Virus record (IMG/VR): IMGVR_UViG_2767802108_000001
Coordinates: 25,135-89,134 of that record
Direction: 5' to 3' (one strand)
Origin: a virus
Taxonomy: Duplodnaviria > Caudoviricetes
DNA: 64,000 bases
Positions 56,387-64,000 of this stretch are shown in pieces. Positions within the stretch are counted from its first letter, which is position 1. Every line of letters starts with the position of its first letter. The position numbers and the translations under genes are program-made. The notes beneath the pieces were generated by a model. That model did no database searches, had not been told where the DNA came from, and saw nothing but the letters and a program-made list of their open reading frames with translations.

Positions 56387-56895
56387 CCGCCCTCGCCCCC
56401 GAACCCGACACCGACCGCCAACTCCGCCTCACCATCGTGGTGAACGGGCGCCCAGCCCCGCAGGGCAGCAAGGCCTATAAGGGCCACCGAACCAACGCCG
56501 CCACAGGCCGCCGCAGCGCCGTCCTCGTCGAACAGTCCAAGCGCGTCAAGCCCTGGCGAGCCCTCGTCACCCGCGCCGCCATGGACAGCATGCTCGACAC
56601 CGGCCGCACCGAGCCCCTGGACGGGCCGCTCGAAGCCGACATCGTCTTCACCGTCCTCAAGCCCGCCAGCGCCCCCAAACGCCGCCGCACCTGGCCCACA
56701 ACCCGGCACTCGGGCGACGTCGACAAGTTGATCCGCTCGACTTTCGACGGAATCGCCGACGGCCAGGCCGTAGTCGACGACTCCCGCATCATCGCCATCA
56801 CCGCCCGCAAGACCTTCCCCGGCGAACACCCCGAAGCCCTCGACCAGCCCGGCGCGATCATCCGCCTCTACACCCTTCCCGGAGCCACCCGATGA
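56383..56895 (+). CDS. rusA: RusA-family Holliday junction resolvase
   Basis: PAPQGSK, KPWR and DVDKLIRSTFDGI...VDDSRI motifs. Confidence 0.88.
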   Translation: MTALAPEPDTDRQLRLTIVVNGRPAPQGSKAYKGHRTNAATGRRSAVLVEQSKRVKPWRALVTRAAMDSMLDTGRTEPLDGPLEADIVFTVLKPASAPKRRRTWPTTRHSGDVDKLIRSTFDGIADGQAVVDDSRIIAITARKTFPGEHPEALDQPGAIIRLYTLPGATR

Positions 56896-57350
56896 CCACC
56901 ACAACCAGCCTCGGCACGACACCCGCCACGCCCGCCCCCAACTGGGACCGGGCCCTGTGCGCCCAAACCGACCCCGCCCTGTTCTTCCCCGAAGGCCGGG
57001 GAGGACAGATCACGAACGCGATCGAGGCCGCGAAGCGGGTGTGCCGACGCTGCCCGATCCGTACGGCGTGCCTGGAGTGGGCGGTGGCGTCGGATCAGCG
57101 GTTCGGTGTGTGGGGCGGCCTGGACGAGCAGGAGCGCCAGACGCTGGGCCGGAAGCGTTCCGGGGAGCGTGTCGCGTACGCCCTGTGCATCGACGCGCAG
57201 GACTTCATTGAGCGGCGGGTGTCGGAGGGTGCGTCGCATCGGACGATCGCCGACGAGCTCGGGGTGGGGCATCACGCGGTGGGTCGGGCGTGGCGGTACT
57301 TCCAGTCGGAGAAGGACACGGCCGCGGCCGGTCAGGGGGTGGCGGCGTGA
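56892..57350 (+). CDS. WhiB-family regulator with C-terminal HTH
   Basis: W..ALCAQTDPALFFP...C..CP....C...GVWGG...ER. Confidence 0.92.
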   Translation: MTTTTSLGTTPATPAPNWDRALCAQTDPALFFPEGRGGQITNAIEAAKRVCRRCPIRTACLEWAVASDQRFGVWGGLDEQERQTLGRKRSGERVAYALCIDAQDFIERRVSEGASHRTIADELGVGHHAVGRAWRYFQSEKDTAAAGQGVAA

Positions 57351-58159
57351 GCAGCATGTCTCCGGAGCAGCGCGGTGACCTGGCCGAGCGGATGCTCCCC
57401 GAAGCAGCAAACCTCGCCGTTCTCGTACACGGTGACGGCGGGCCCGAGGACGTTGCCCAGGTCCTGGCCGGCCTGTCGGCGGCGGAGAAGGACGCCCTGA
57501 TCGTCGTCCTCGCCGGTTTGGTCGACCCGGAGCAGCCCGTCGGGCGGGCCCTGGGTTGGCTCGACTTCAACGAGCACGGCTCCCTGACGGTGCCGGCGTC
57601 GTGGGCGGAGGACCGGAAGGTCCGCGACCTCGCCCCCGACGACGACACGGACCTTGACGAGGACTTCGTCGACCAGGTCGCCGTTGCCAAGTTCATCAAG
57701 GGCTTCCGTGTCGACAATCTCACCGACGCCGAGTTCCTGGAGGCCGTCAAGCAGTGCGTTGCGAAGGGCTTGACGCTCGCTGACGTCGACCAGCTGCGGC
57801 GGTGGCCGCGGAAGACGACGGAGAACCGGGTGAACCGGCTGAGGAAGCAGTGGCAGCGGTCCGGCCGCGCCTTCCCGTCGCTGAAGTCGTCCTCGGGGGT
57901 GGTGCTGACGGAGGAGCAGGTCATCGCGATCCGTGTCCGAGCGCAGGAGGGAGCCACGGATCTGTCGCTGGCGATGTCGTTCAACGTGTCGCAGAAAACT
58001 GTGGGCGAGATATGCCGGGGCCGCAGGTATCCGCAGTACGGGGGGCCGATCAGGGCGCCGAAGAAGGTGCAGCATCTGCCGGGGTCTCGGCAGGCGATGT
58101 GCGGTCACGGGGACATGTCGTTGGCTGCGAGGAAGCCGAGTGAGAGGAAGGTGGCCTGA
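57347..58159 (+). CDS. Multi-HTH hypothetical protein
   Basis: [10 protein letters not shown]...LA..FNVS..TV..I..G. Confidence 0.7.
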   Translation: MSSMSPEQRGDLAERMLPEAANLAVLVHGDGGPEDVAQVLAGLSAAEKDALIVVLAGLVDPEQPVGRALGWLDFNEHGSLTVPASWAEDRKVRDLAPDDDTDLDEDFVDQVAVAKFIKGFRVDNLTDAEFLEAVKQCVAKGLTLADVDQLRRWPRKTTENRVNRLRKQWQRSGRAFPSLKSSSGVVLTEEQVIAIRVRAQEGATDLSLAMSFNVSQKTVGEICRGRRYPQYGGPIRAPKKVQHLPGSRQAMCGHGDMSLAARKPSERKVA

Positions 58160-58668
58160 TGGCTGGCGAGACAGTGGTGACGATCATCGGTAATGCGACC
58201 AAGGACCCTGAGCTGCGTTACACGAGCAGCGGGACGGCGGTAGCGAAGTTCACGGTGGCGTCGACACCGCGGACGTACAACAAGCAGTCCCAGGCGTGGG
58301 AGGACGGCGAGACGCTGTTCCTTCCGGTGACGGTGTGGCGGCAGCAGGCTGAGCACGTCGCGGAGAGCGTGGTCCAGGGCTGTCGGGTGGTGGTGCAGGG
58401 CCGGCTGTCGCAGCGGTCGTTCGAGGATCGTGAGGGGCAGCGTCGCACGGTGTACGAGGTGGAGGGGGACGAGGTGGCGGTGTCACTGCGGTCGGCGACG
58501 GCGAAGGTGACAAAGGCCAGCTCGGGCGGGCAGGGGCGTCAGCAGTACGAGCAGGCGAAGCAGGCGTCGTCGCGGGAGGGGCGTGAGGATCCGTGGGCGT
58601 CGGGTGTGCCGGGTACGGGGACGACGGCGGGGGCGTGGGGTGGGGGTGACGACAGCCCGCCGTTCTGA
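58159..58668 (+). CDS. ssb: Single-stranded DNA-binding protein
   Basis: [26 protein letters not shown] and terminal PPF. Confidence 0.95.
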   Translation: MAGETVVTIIGNATKDPELRYTSSGTAVAKFTVASTPRTYNKQSQAWEDGETLFLPVTVWRQQAEHVAESVVQGCRVVVQGRLSQRSFEDREGQRRTVYEVEGDEVAVSLRSATAKVTKASSGGQGRQQYEQAKQASSREGREDPWASGVPGTGTTAGAWGGGDDSPPF

Positions 58669-58687
58669 GGTGATCGTGGTGCGCGTG

Positions 58688-58719
58688 AGGGGTCTGGCCG
58701 TTGGGGTCGGGCCCCTTTC
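58688..58719 (+). terminator. Terminator-like hairpin after ssb
   Basis: AGGGGTCTGGCC...GGTCGGGCCCCT-TTC (GU pairs). Confidence 0.55.
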
Positions 58720-58743
58720 GCATGCCTGCCTCCAATCCCGCAC

Positions 58744-58781
58744 TACGCATTGCATTGCCATGTCTATGCGGGTACGGTGGA
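58744..58781 (+). promoter_or_regulatory. Repeated 38-bp promoter/operator, copy 2
   Basis: TTGCAT-N17-TACGGT; 36/38 identical to 52881-52918. Confidence 0.8.
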
Positions 58782-58816
58782 GGTATCCAAGCCCCACCCC
58801 CCCGAAAGGGGATCCC

Positions 58817-59137
58817 ATGTCCACCATCCGCATCGCCCAGCTCCGCGAATCCATCGCCCGCCGCGCCCTCGCCTCCACCGGCGTTACCAACGCCCGAATC
58901 ACCAGCGTCCAGCGCATCGGCACGGTCTTCGTCGTCGCCACCGAGACCCCCGGTGACCGTTGGGCGCCCCACGCCGTCGAAACCTTCCGCATCCCCACCC
59001 CCGACGACACCGACCGCAACTACGAGCTGGGCAAGGCCCCGAAGATCTGGTGCCCGCTGGCTGGCTGGATCGGCGCCAGCACGGACGAGGTTCCCGGACT
59101 GCTCGCCAAGGCCGTCGACTACGCCCGTACCGCCTGA
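58817..59137 (+). CDS. Hypothetical protein
   Basis: AAAGGGG RBS; first gene after the promoter. Confidence 0.7.
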   Translation: MSTIRIAQLRESIARRALASTGVTNARITSVQRIGTVFVVATETPGDRWAPHAVETFRIPTPDDTDRNYELGKAPKIWCPLAGWIGASTDEVPGLLAKAVDYARTA

Positions 59138-59138
59138 C

Positions 59139-59255
59139 ATGCCGTCCTGCGACTGCGATGCCACCCCCGAAGACCTCGCCGCCGGCATCCACGGCACCCC
59201 CTGCACATCCCGCGACGGCCAGCCCGACGACCCGTCCGACCACTACGGCCAGTAA
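59139..59255 (+). CDS. Very small Cys/His protein
   Basis: MPSCDC...H..PC; codon bias. Confidence 0.4.
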   Translation: MPSCDCDATPEDLAAGIHGTPCTSRDGQPDDPSDHYGQ

Positions 59256-59277
59256 CCCGCCGACAGGAAGACGTCGC

Positions 59278-60150
59278 ATGAACACCATGAGTGCCGCTGA
59301 AAGGGTCGCCGCCCTGCGTGACGAGTACGCCCGGCTCGGCGAGAACGTCGACCACCTCACCGACCTCGACCTGCTCAATAAGAACGCAGAGCGGGCCGAG
59401 CGGGACCACATCAACACCAACGACCGCTACATGCGGCTCCTCACCAAGCAGCGCCACTACGGCGACACGGTGCGTGCCGCGGCGATCCAGGCGCTGCGGG
59501 AACGCATTGACATGATCGCTGCGGAGGCCGTAGAGCGGCACATCCGCGAGGCTGGCCGTCTCGTCAGCGCACTGGAGAGGCTTCCGCCGCAGCCTCAGCC
59601 CGAGCACATCGCCCGCCTCCGTGACGTTACTGTCAGCGTCAAGCACATGCTGCGCCTTCTGGAGGAGGAACGCGGCGACTGGCGGCGCGACAACCACTAC
59701 AACCTTGTTCAGCGCGCCCGATCTGTTGTCGGTGTTCTCCGCGACGAGCCGGGAGTGTCTTCGGCCGATGTGATCCGACTCGTCAACGAGGCACTCACCG
59801 GTGACGGAAATCTGGGTGAGCTGTTCGAAATTGCCCATGCCACCCCGGTCAAGCGCCACCGGCCGGCTTTCGTCGACGCTGACTGGGTCGAAATGGGCGG
59901 CGGCAGTTATTGGACCTTCGAACCGGTCGGTAGCCGGTATCGAGTCGTCGCCTACAGCCAGGGCGACGCTTGGTGGATGGACTTGCAGGGCCCGACCGGA
60001 TCCCTCATCGCCGCTGGCGAGACCACCGAGGACGAGGTTGCCGCGACTGCCACCGCGCTCATTGAGCAGGCAACGGATCTGGCCGCGTCCGGGCGGCGGC
60101 CCTGGCAGTGCTGGCAGACCGTCACGGTTTCCACCACAACGGCTGCGTGA
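59278..60150 (+). CDS. Hypothetical protein
   Basis: Long ORF with coiled-coil N-terminus. Confidence 0.7.
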   Translation: MNTMSAAERVAALRDEYARLGENVDHLTDLDLLNKNAERAERDHINTNDRYMRLLTKQRHYGDTVRAAAIQALRERIDMIAAEAVERHIREAGRLVSALERLPPQPQPEHIARLRDVTVSVKHMLRLLEEERGDWRRDNHYNLVQRARSVVGVLRDEPGVSSADVIRLVNEALTGDGNLGELFEIAHATPVKRHRPAFVDADWVEMGGGSYWTFEPVGSRYRVVAYSQGDAWWMDLQGPTGSLIAAGETTEDEVAATATALIEQATDLAASGRRPWQCWQTVTVSTTTAA

Positions 60151-60192
60151 GCAGCACAGATCTCTCGATACTCCATTCGAAAGCAGACCCAC

Positions 60193-60642
60193 ATGACCAC
60201 CCCCGCCCTGCATCCCGACATCCTCATCGCCAAGCTGGAAACCATCCGCTGCTGGACCGGCATCGAAGCCATCCGCCGGGAATCCCTCAGCGCGTGGCAG
60301 ACGTCCCGCCTCGACGACGGCACCCTGTTCCTGTCCGGGCAGATCACCGGCAACGATCCGGGCCGTGCGTTGCACCGGTTCGCGGACCGGCACACCGGCT
60401 ACCTCACCCACCAGCCGCAGCAGCCCGGCGACCAAGTCCCGGCCCTGGACGTGTCCGTGCCGGGCCGTGAAGCCTGCGTGTGGCGTACCGGCGGCGTGTG
60501 GGTGGAACTCTGGCACCCAGTCCCCACCACGGCGTCTACGCAGCCTGTGCGGCCCGTTTCGGGCGCGCCGTCTCCGCGGAGTGTGTTCGGGGCGCGCCTG
60601 CCCTTCGGACGCCGCCGTAAGGCCCCCACCGCCGCCGGGTGA
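60193..60642 (+). CDS. Hypothetical protein
   Basis: Codon bias; WRTGGVWVELWHP. Confidence 0.65.
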   Translation: MTTPALHPDILIAKLETIRCWTGIEAIRRESLSAWQTSRLDDGTLFLSGQITGNDPGRALHRFADRHTGYLTHQPQQPGDQVPALDVSVPGREACVWRTGGVWVELWHPVPTTASTQPVRPVSGAPSPRSVFGARLPFGRRRKAPTAAG

Positions 60643-60731
60643 CCGGTGTGCCGGAAACCCACCCCAACCCGCCGGCCCTAGCGGTGGCTGTCCGCCGGGG
60701 CCGTGCCCGCACCGTACCCACAGGAGAACCC

Positions 60732-60986
60732 ATGACCGACCACCTCACCACCCAGCAGCTCGCCGACATCGAGCGCGCCGTGCCCCGACTCAGCGAGTAC
60801 TCCGAGCAGTCCGACGATGTCCGAACCGTCGCCGAGGGCGTGCCCGCACTGCTCGCCGAGATCCGGCGCCTCCAGGCAGAGCTGACCGAAGCGGCCGAGG
60901 ACGTCACCTGGCTCCGCTGCCTGGAGGCGGCTGGTGTCGACAACTGGGAGGGCATCGAGACCGCGATTGAAATGCGTGGCGAGTAG
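60732..60986 (+). CDS. Hypothetical phage protein
   Basis: VPALLAEIRRL and L.CLEAAGVDNWEG motifs. Confidence 0.75.
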   Translation: MTDHLTTQQLADIERAVPRLSEYSEQSDDVRTVAEGVPALLAEIRRLQAELTEAAEDVTWLRCLEAAGVDNWEGIETAIEMRGE

Positions 60987-61069
60987 CCCTCCGCCAGCAG
61001 GTCGGCCGCCCCTGAAGCAAGCAGGGGCGGCCGGTGCCCGAACCCTACCCACCCACCACGGAGGACACC

Positions 61070-62473
61070 GTGACCGACCCGACCACCGAGACCGCCCGCC
61101 ACCTCTGGGACTACGACCACCCGTACTACTGCGCCGAGAGCAACTACTTCCAGAATGGCCAGCACGCCCGCTGGGACTCCTGGCAGCACTTCGCTGAGGA
61201 GACGCTGTTCGTCACCGGTGACCGGGAACTGAACCTGCTCTTCCGCTGGGACTGGCAGCGCTCCGGCAACCGGCACACGCTGCTGCTGTTCTTCGTGATC
61301 CAGCGCAAGGGGCTCAACTGCTCGCACGAGATCGAGGTCACGGAGGCTGACGAGCCTGCGGTGCGGCGATTCCTGGAGGAGTGCGGGCAGACGCTGAGGG
61401 AGACGTGGGAGCCGATGCTGCCTGCGGTCGTGCCTGCCGTGTCGCTGCCGTCCGCCGACCAGACCGCGCTCACCGTCGCCGAGGCCGTTCTGGCCGTCGT
61501 GGAGACCGCGTTGGGCGACACGCTGGTGCCTGCCGCGAGGGCGGAAGCGCTCGCCGGGATCGCCGCCGTGCTGCCCACGACCACCGGCCAGACCGCCGAC
61601 GAGCGCATCGAGCAGGCCGAGGCCGACGCCGAGCTGCATGCCCGCAACACCCTGGCCGTGGCCCGCGAAAGGGACACCTACCGGAAGGTGTGGAAGGAGG
61701 AGCAGGAGCGGCGCGTCAAGGCCGAAGCCGCTGTCGCCCGAGTGCGGCGCCTGCACGACGCCCTTGACGAGGAGACCGCCCTCACTTCCCCGGACGACGA
61801 GATCACCCGGGGCGCGGCGGCTCGGAAGATCGCTGCCGCATTGGACGGCTGGACCGACCCCGCCCTGCTGCGCCGTATGGCCGACGAGACACCAGCCGCC
61901 GAGACCAAGCACCGGCCGCGTCGGGGCGACGAGTTCGAGGCGTGGCTGAAGACGCAACGGGACGCCTGCTTCGGACACGCGTCCTCATGGGCAGCCGTTG
62001 ACGGCCTGCTGGACCAGTACCGCCTGCACGCCGACACGGGCACCCCGCTCTGCGAGCACGTCTGCGAGGGGCAGACGGTCGGGGACTGCGAGTGCCTGGA
62101 GCAGCCCGCCATGGCGGCACAGCGCGCGGAGGCCCACGCCGAGGGTGAGCACGCCTTCTGCGGACCCGAGTGCGACACCGGCCAGCCCACCAACGGGGCG
62201 CGGCAGGACAAGTCGGGCACCAACGCTTGCACGTGTGGCGACGCGGGCGAAAGTTTCCGCCCGGCCGGGCACTACGCCGACTGCCCCGCCGCCGGAACGC
62301 GGCAGGCCGAGACGGCAGCCGCCCCGTGCGTCGAGTGCGACCACCCTAAGACAGCCCACGGGGAGGGCGACGACCCGGTCACCCCCGGCCAGTGCGCCGA
62401 CTGCCCCGACGACGAGGACCGGCACGACTACCAGCCCGCCGCCGGGGCGCGGCAGGACGGGGTGCAGTCGTGA
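61070..62473 (+). CDS. Mosaic hypothetical protein with Cys/His mini-modules
   Basis: GGAGGA RBS; repeated QP..GARQD linkers between short modules. Confidence 0.75.
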   Translation: MTDPTTETARHLWDYDHPYYCAESNYFQNGQHARWDSWQHFAEETLFVTGDRELNLLFRWDWQRSGNRHTLLLFFVIQRKGLNCSHEIEVTEADEPAVRRFLEECGQTLRETWEPMLPAVVPAVSLPSADQTALTVAEAVLAVVETALGDTLVPAARAEALAGIAAVLPTTTGQTADERIEQAEADAELHARNTLAVARERDTYRKVWKEEQERRVKAEAAVARVRRLHDALDEETALTSPDDEITRGAAARKIAAALDGWTDPALLRRMADETPAAETKHRPRRGDEFEAWLKTQRDACFGHASSWAAVDGLLDQYRLHADTGTPLCEHVCEGQTVGDCECLEQPAMAAQRAEAHAEGEHAFCGPECDTGQPTNGARQDKSGTNACTCGDAGESFRPAGHYADCPAAGTRQAETAAAPCVECDHPKTAHGEGDDPVTPGQCADCPDDEDRHDYQPAAGARQDGVQS

Positions 62474-62640
62474 CCCTCGCCGACCGCCAGGCCGCCGCCC
62501 TGGCCGCCCTCACCCGCCGCCAGCCGCCCGCCGAGCTGTACCCGGGGGAGACCCGGCCGTCGGGGGACATGCCCGTCGATTGGCGGGAGGCGCTGGCCTG
62601 GCTCAACGCCCGGGACCGACTGGAGGGGACAGGCCAGTGA
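62470..62640 (+). CDS. Small hypothetical protein
   Basis: GTGA overlaps at both ends. Confidence 0.6.
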   Translation: MTLADRQAAALAALTRRQPPAELYPGETRPSGDMPVDWREALAWLNARDRLEGTGQ

Positions 62641-63032
62641 CCACAGCACCCGCACGACTGGGCCCCGCCACCACAGGCGGGCCCGGCCTCACCCCCAGCG
62701 AACTGGCAGTCCTCGAACGAGCCGCAAACGGCGCTACCTACGCCCTCATCGCCCGCGACCTCGGCTACCAGGAGAAGAGCGTGTCGAAGATGGCGCTCCG
62801 CCTGGCCCGGAAGCTGGGGGCGCGGAACATCACCCACGCCGTGTTCCTGGCGGTCGCGGCCGGTGTGCTGGACCCGCGGCGCCGTCATGGTGACCATCCG
62901 GGGTTCGTGGCGCACCGTCGGCGTGGTGAGGAGCCGTGTGAGGCGTGCTGGGACGGCGAGCGCGCCTACCGGCGGGAGCGCCGTGCGGCGCGGAAAGCCA
63001 CCCAAACCGGACCGGAAACCCGGACATCTTAG
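62637..63032 (+). CDS. LuxR-type HTH regulator with Cys/His tail
   Basis: LTPSELAVL..AANG.T...IA..LG....V......KLGARN...AV. Confidence 0.85.
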   Translation: MTTAPARLGPATTGGPGLTPSELAVLERAANGATYALIARDLGYQEKSVSKMALRLARKLGARNITHAVFLAVAAGVLDPRRRHGDHPGFVAHRRRGEEPCEACWDGERAYRRERRAARKATQTGPETRTS

Positions 63033-63080
63033 ACACCGCCACCAGCGGGCAACACCGATCACGCCCGGAAGGGGCCTCTC

Positions 63081-63338
63081 GTGCACCGTATCCGTCCACA
63101 CCTCGGGCTCACCCTGTCCATCCTCGCCGGCGGCGTCATCGGAACCGGAAGCGTCCTCGCCTGGTGGCACGCCCTCGCCCACCAGCCGTTGCCGCAGTGG
63201 GCGATGTTCGCGATATCCGTGGCGACTGCCCTGCTGGTCCTGTCTGCGGCTGCGGAAGTCCACCGTCGTCACCAGGGTCGGGGTCGCACACACCGTCGGC
63301 ACGCCCGTCCCCACCACATTCGGAAGGCTTCGCGATGA
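63081..63338 (+). CDS. Small membrane protein
   Basis: Two TM segments. Confidence 0.6.
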   Translation: MHRIRPHLGLTLSILAGGVIGTGSVLAWWHALAHQPLPQWAMFAISVATALLVLSAAAEVHRRHQGRGRTHRRHARPHHIRKASR

Positions 63339-63535
63339 CCGTTGACCTGATGACCGCCTACGCGTGCCGGGTGGCTGCCGTCACCGCATGCGCGGGCGGT
63401 GCCTCCCTCACGATCGCCCACGAGTGGATTCCCGGGGTGCTGCTGTTGTGGCTGGTGCCCAGCCTGCTCTTCGTCGCCCACCGGGCCCGCCTCGCCCACG
63501 CCCGAACCCCTCAGACCGGAAGGACCACACGATGA
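63335..63535 (+). CDS. Small membrane protein
   Basis: Two hydrophobic segments; ATGA overlaps. Confidence 0.55.
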   Translation: MTVDLMTAYACRVAAVTACAGGASLTIAHEWIPGVLLLWLVPSLLFVAHRARLAHARTPQTGRTTR

Positions 63536-63978
63536 CCGAGCTGGACCCGTCCCGCCGCTACCTGCGGCCCGTAGCACCGCTCCTGCTGCCCGGTGTGGAG
63601 GACGTGACGCACTGGTCCGTGTACCAGTGGATGCCGATGTTCGAGGCGTGGGCGACGGGCATGTCCTTGTGTGGCGCTTCAATGCGGCAGAGCCCGCTGC
63701 CGGAGGGCACGGCGGTCACGTGCGAGGGGTGTGAGGCGTACCGGCCGAAGTACGAGCGGATGCTGGTCCCCGGCTACCAGCCTGAGGACGACGACCCCGA
63801 GGTGCTACGGAAGCGCGTGCAGGCGGCGGAGGAGCTGCTGAAGCGCTACGTGGACCTGGCGGCCGTGACGCACAAGTACCCGATCACGGGAGGGCACGAC
63901 TGTCTCGGGGAGAACCTCTCGTGCGCCGGGTGTTCGCTGGCGAAGCAGGCTCAGGAGCACTTGGAGGAGTACCGGTGA
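63532..63978 (+). CDS. Cys-containing hypothetical protein
   Basis: H...SLCG...VTCEGC; AGGA RBS. Confidence 0.65.
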   Translation: MTELDPSRRYLRPVAPLLLPGVEDVTHWSVYQWMPMFEAWATGMSLCGASMRQSPLPEGTAVTCEGCEAYRPKYERMLVPGYQPEDDDPEVLRKRVQAAEELLKRYVDLAAVTHKYPITGGHDCLGENLSCAGCSLAKQAQEHLEEYR

Positions 63979-64000
63979 CGGCGGGTGGGTCGACGGCGGG

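Larger units (their letters stand above)
1..64000. mobile_element. Conjugative phage-plasmid (siphovirus morphogenesis + TraB transfer + Rep/ParA); extends beyond both window edges
   Basis: TraB/SpdD/KilB, terminase-portal-capsid-tail-lysis genes, ParA and a Rep-like gene co-occur with no host core genes. Confidence 0.85.

Overview
High-GC actinobacterial DNA, most likely Streptomyces (inferred from TraB/SpdD/KilB, WhiB, an AdpA-like domain and codon bias). The whole window looks like one mobile element that runs off both edges: a conjugative phage-plasmid. In order it holds a Streptomyces-type transfer module (FtsK-like TraB, SpdD, KilB; to ~4.6 kb), an apparently intact siphovirus head/tail/lysis operon (5.1-29.8 kb) with a -1 tail-chaperone frameshift, and divergent thyX/dcd. 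A variable small-gene region with repeated junctions follows, then a recombination locus (dif-like site, active tyrosine recombinase, endonuclease VII domain protein, and a convergent catalytically dead recombinase). Next come early genes (Rad52/Sak, WhiB), a replication module (HTH Rep, DciA, stand-alone AdpA-like DNA-binding domain) and an unusual ParA/adaptor/nested-palindrome partition locus. The window ends with a long accessory operon (DUF5131, RusA, WhiB, SSB). I recognised no tRNA, rRNA, CRISPR array or host housekeeping gene. All product calls are from motif recognition by eye and no database searches were run.
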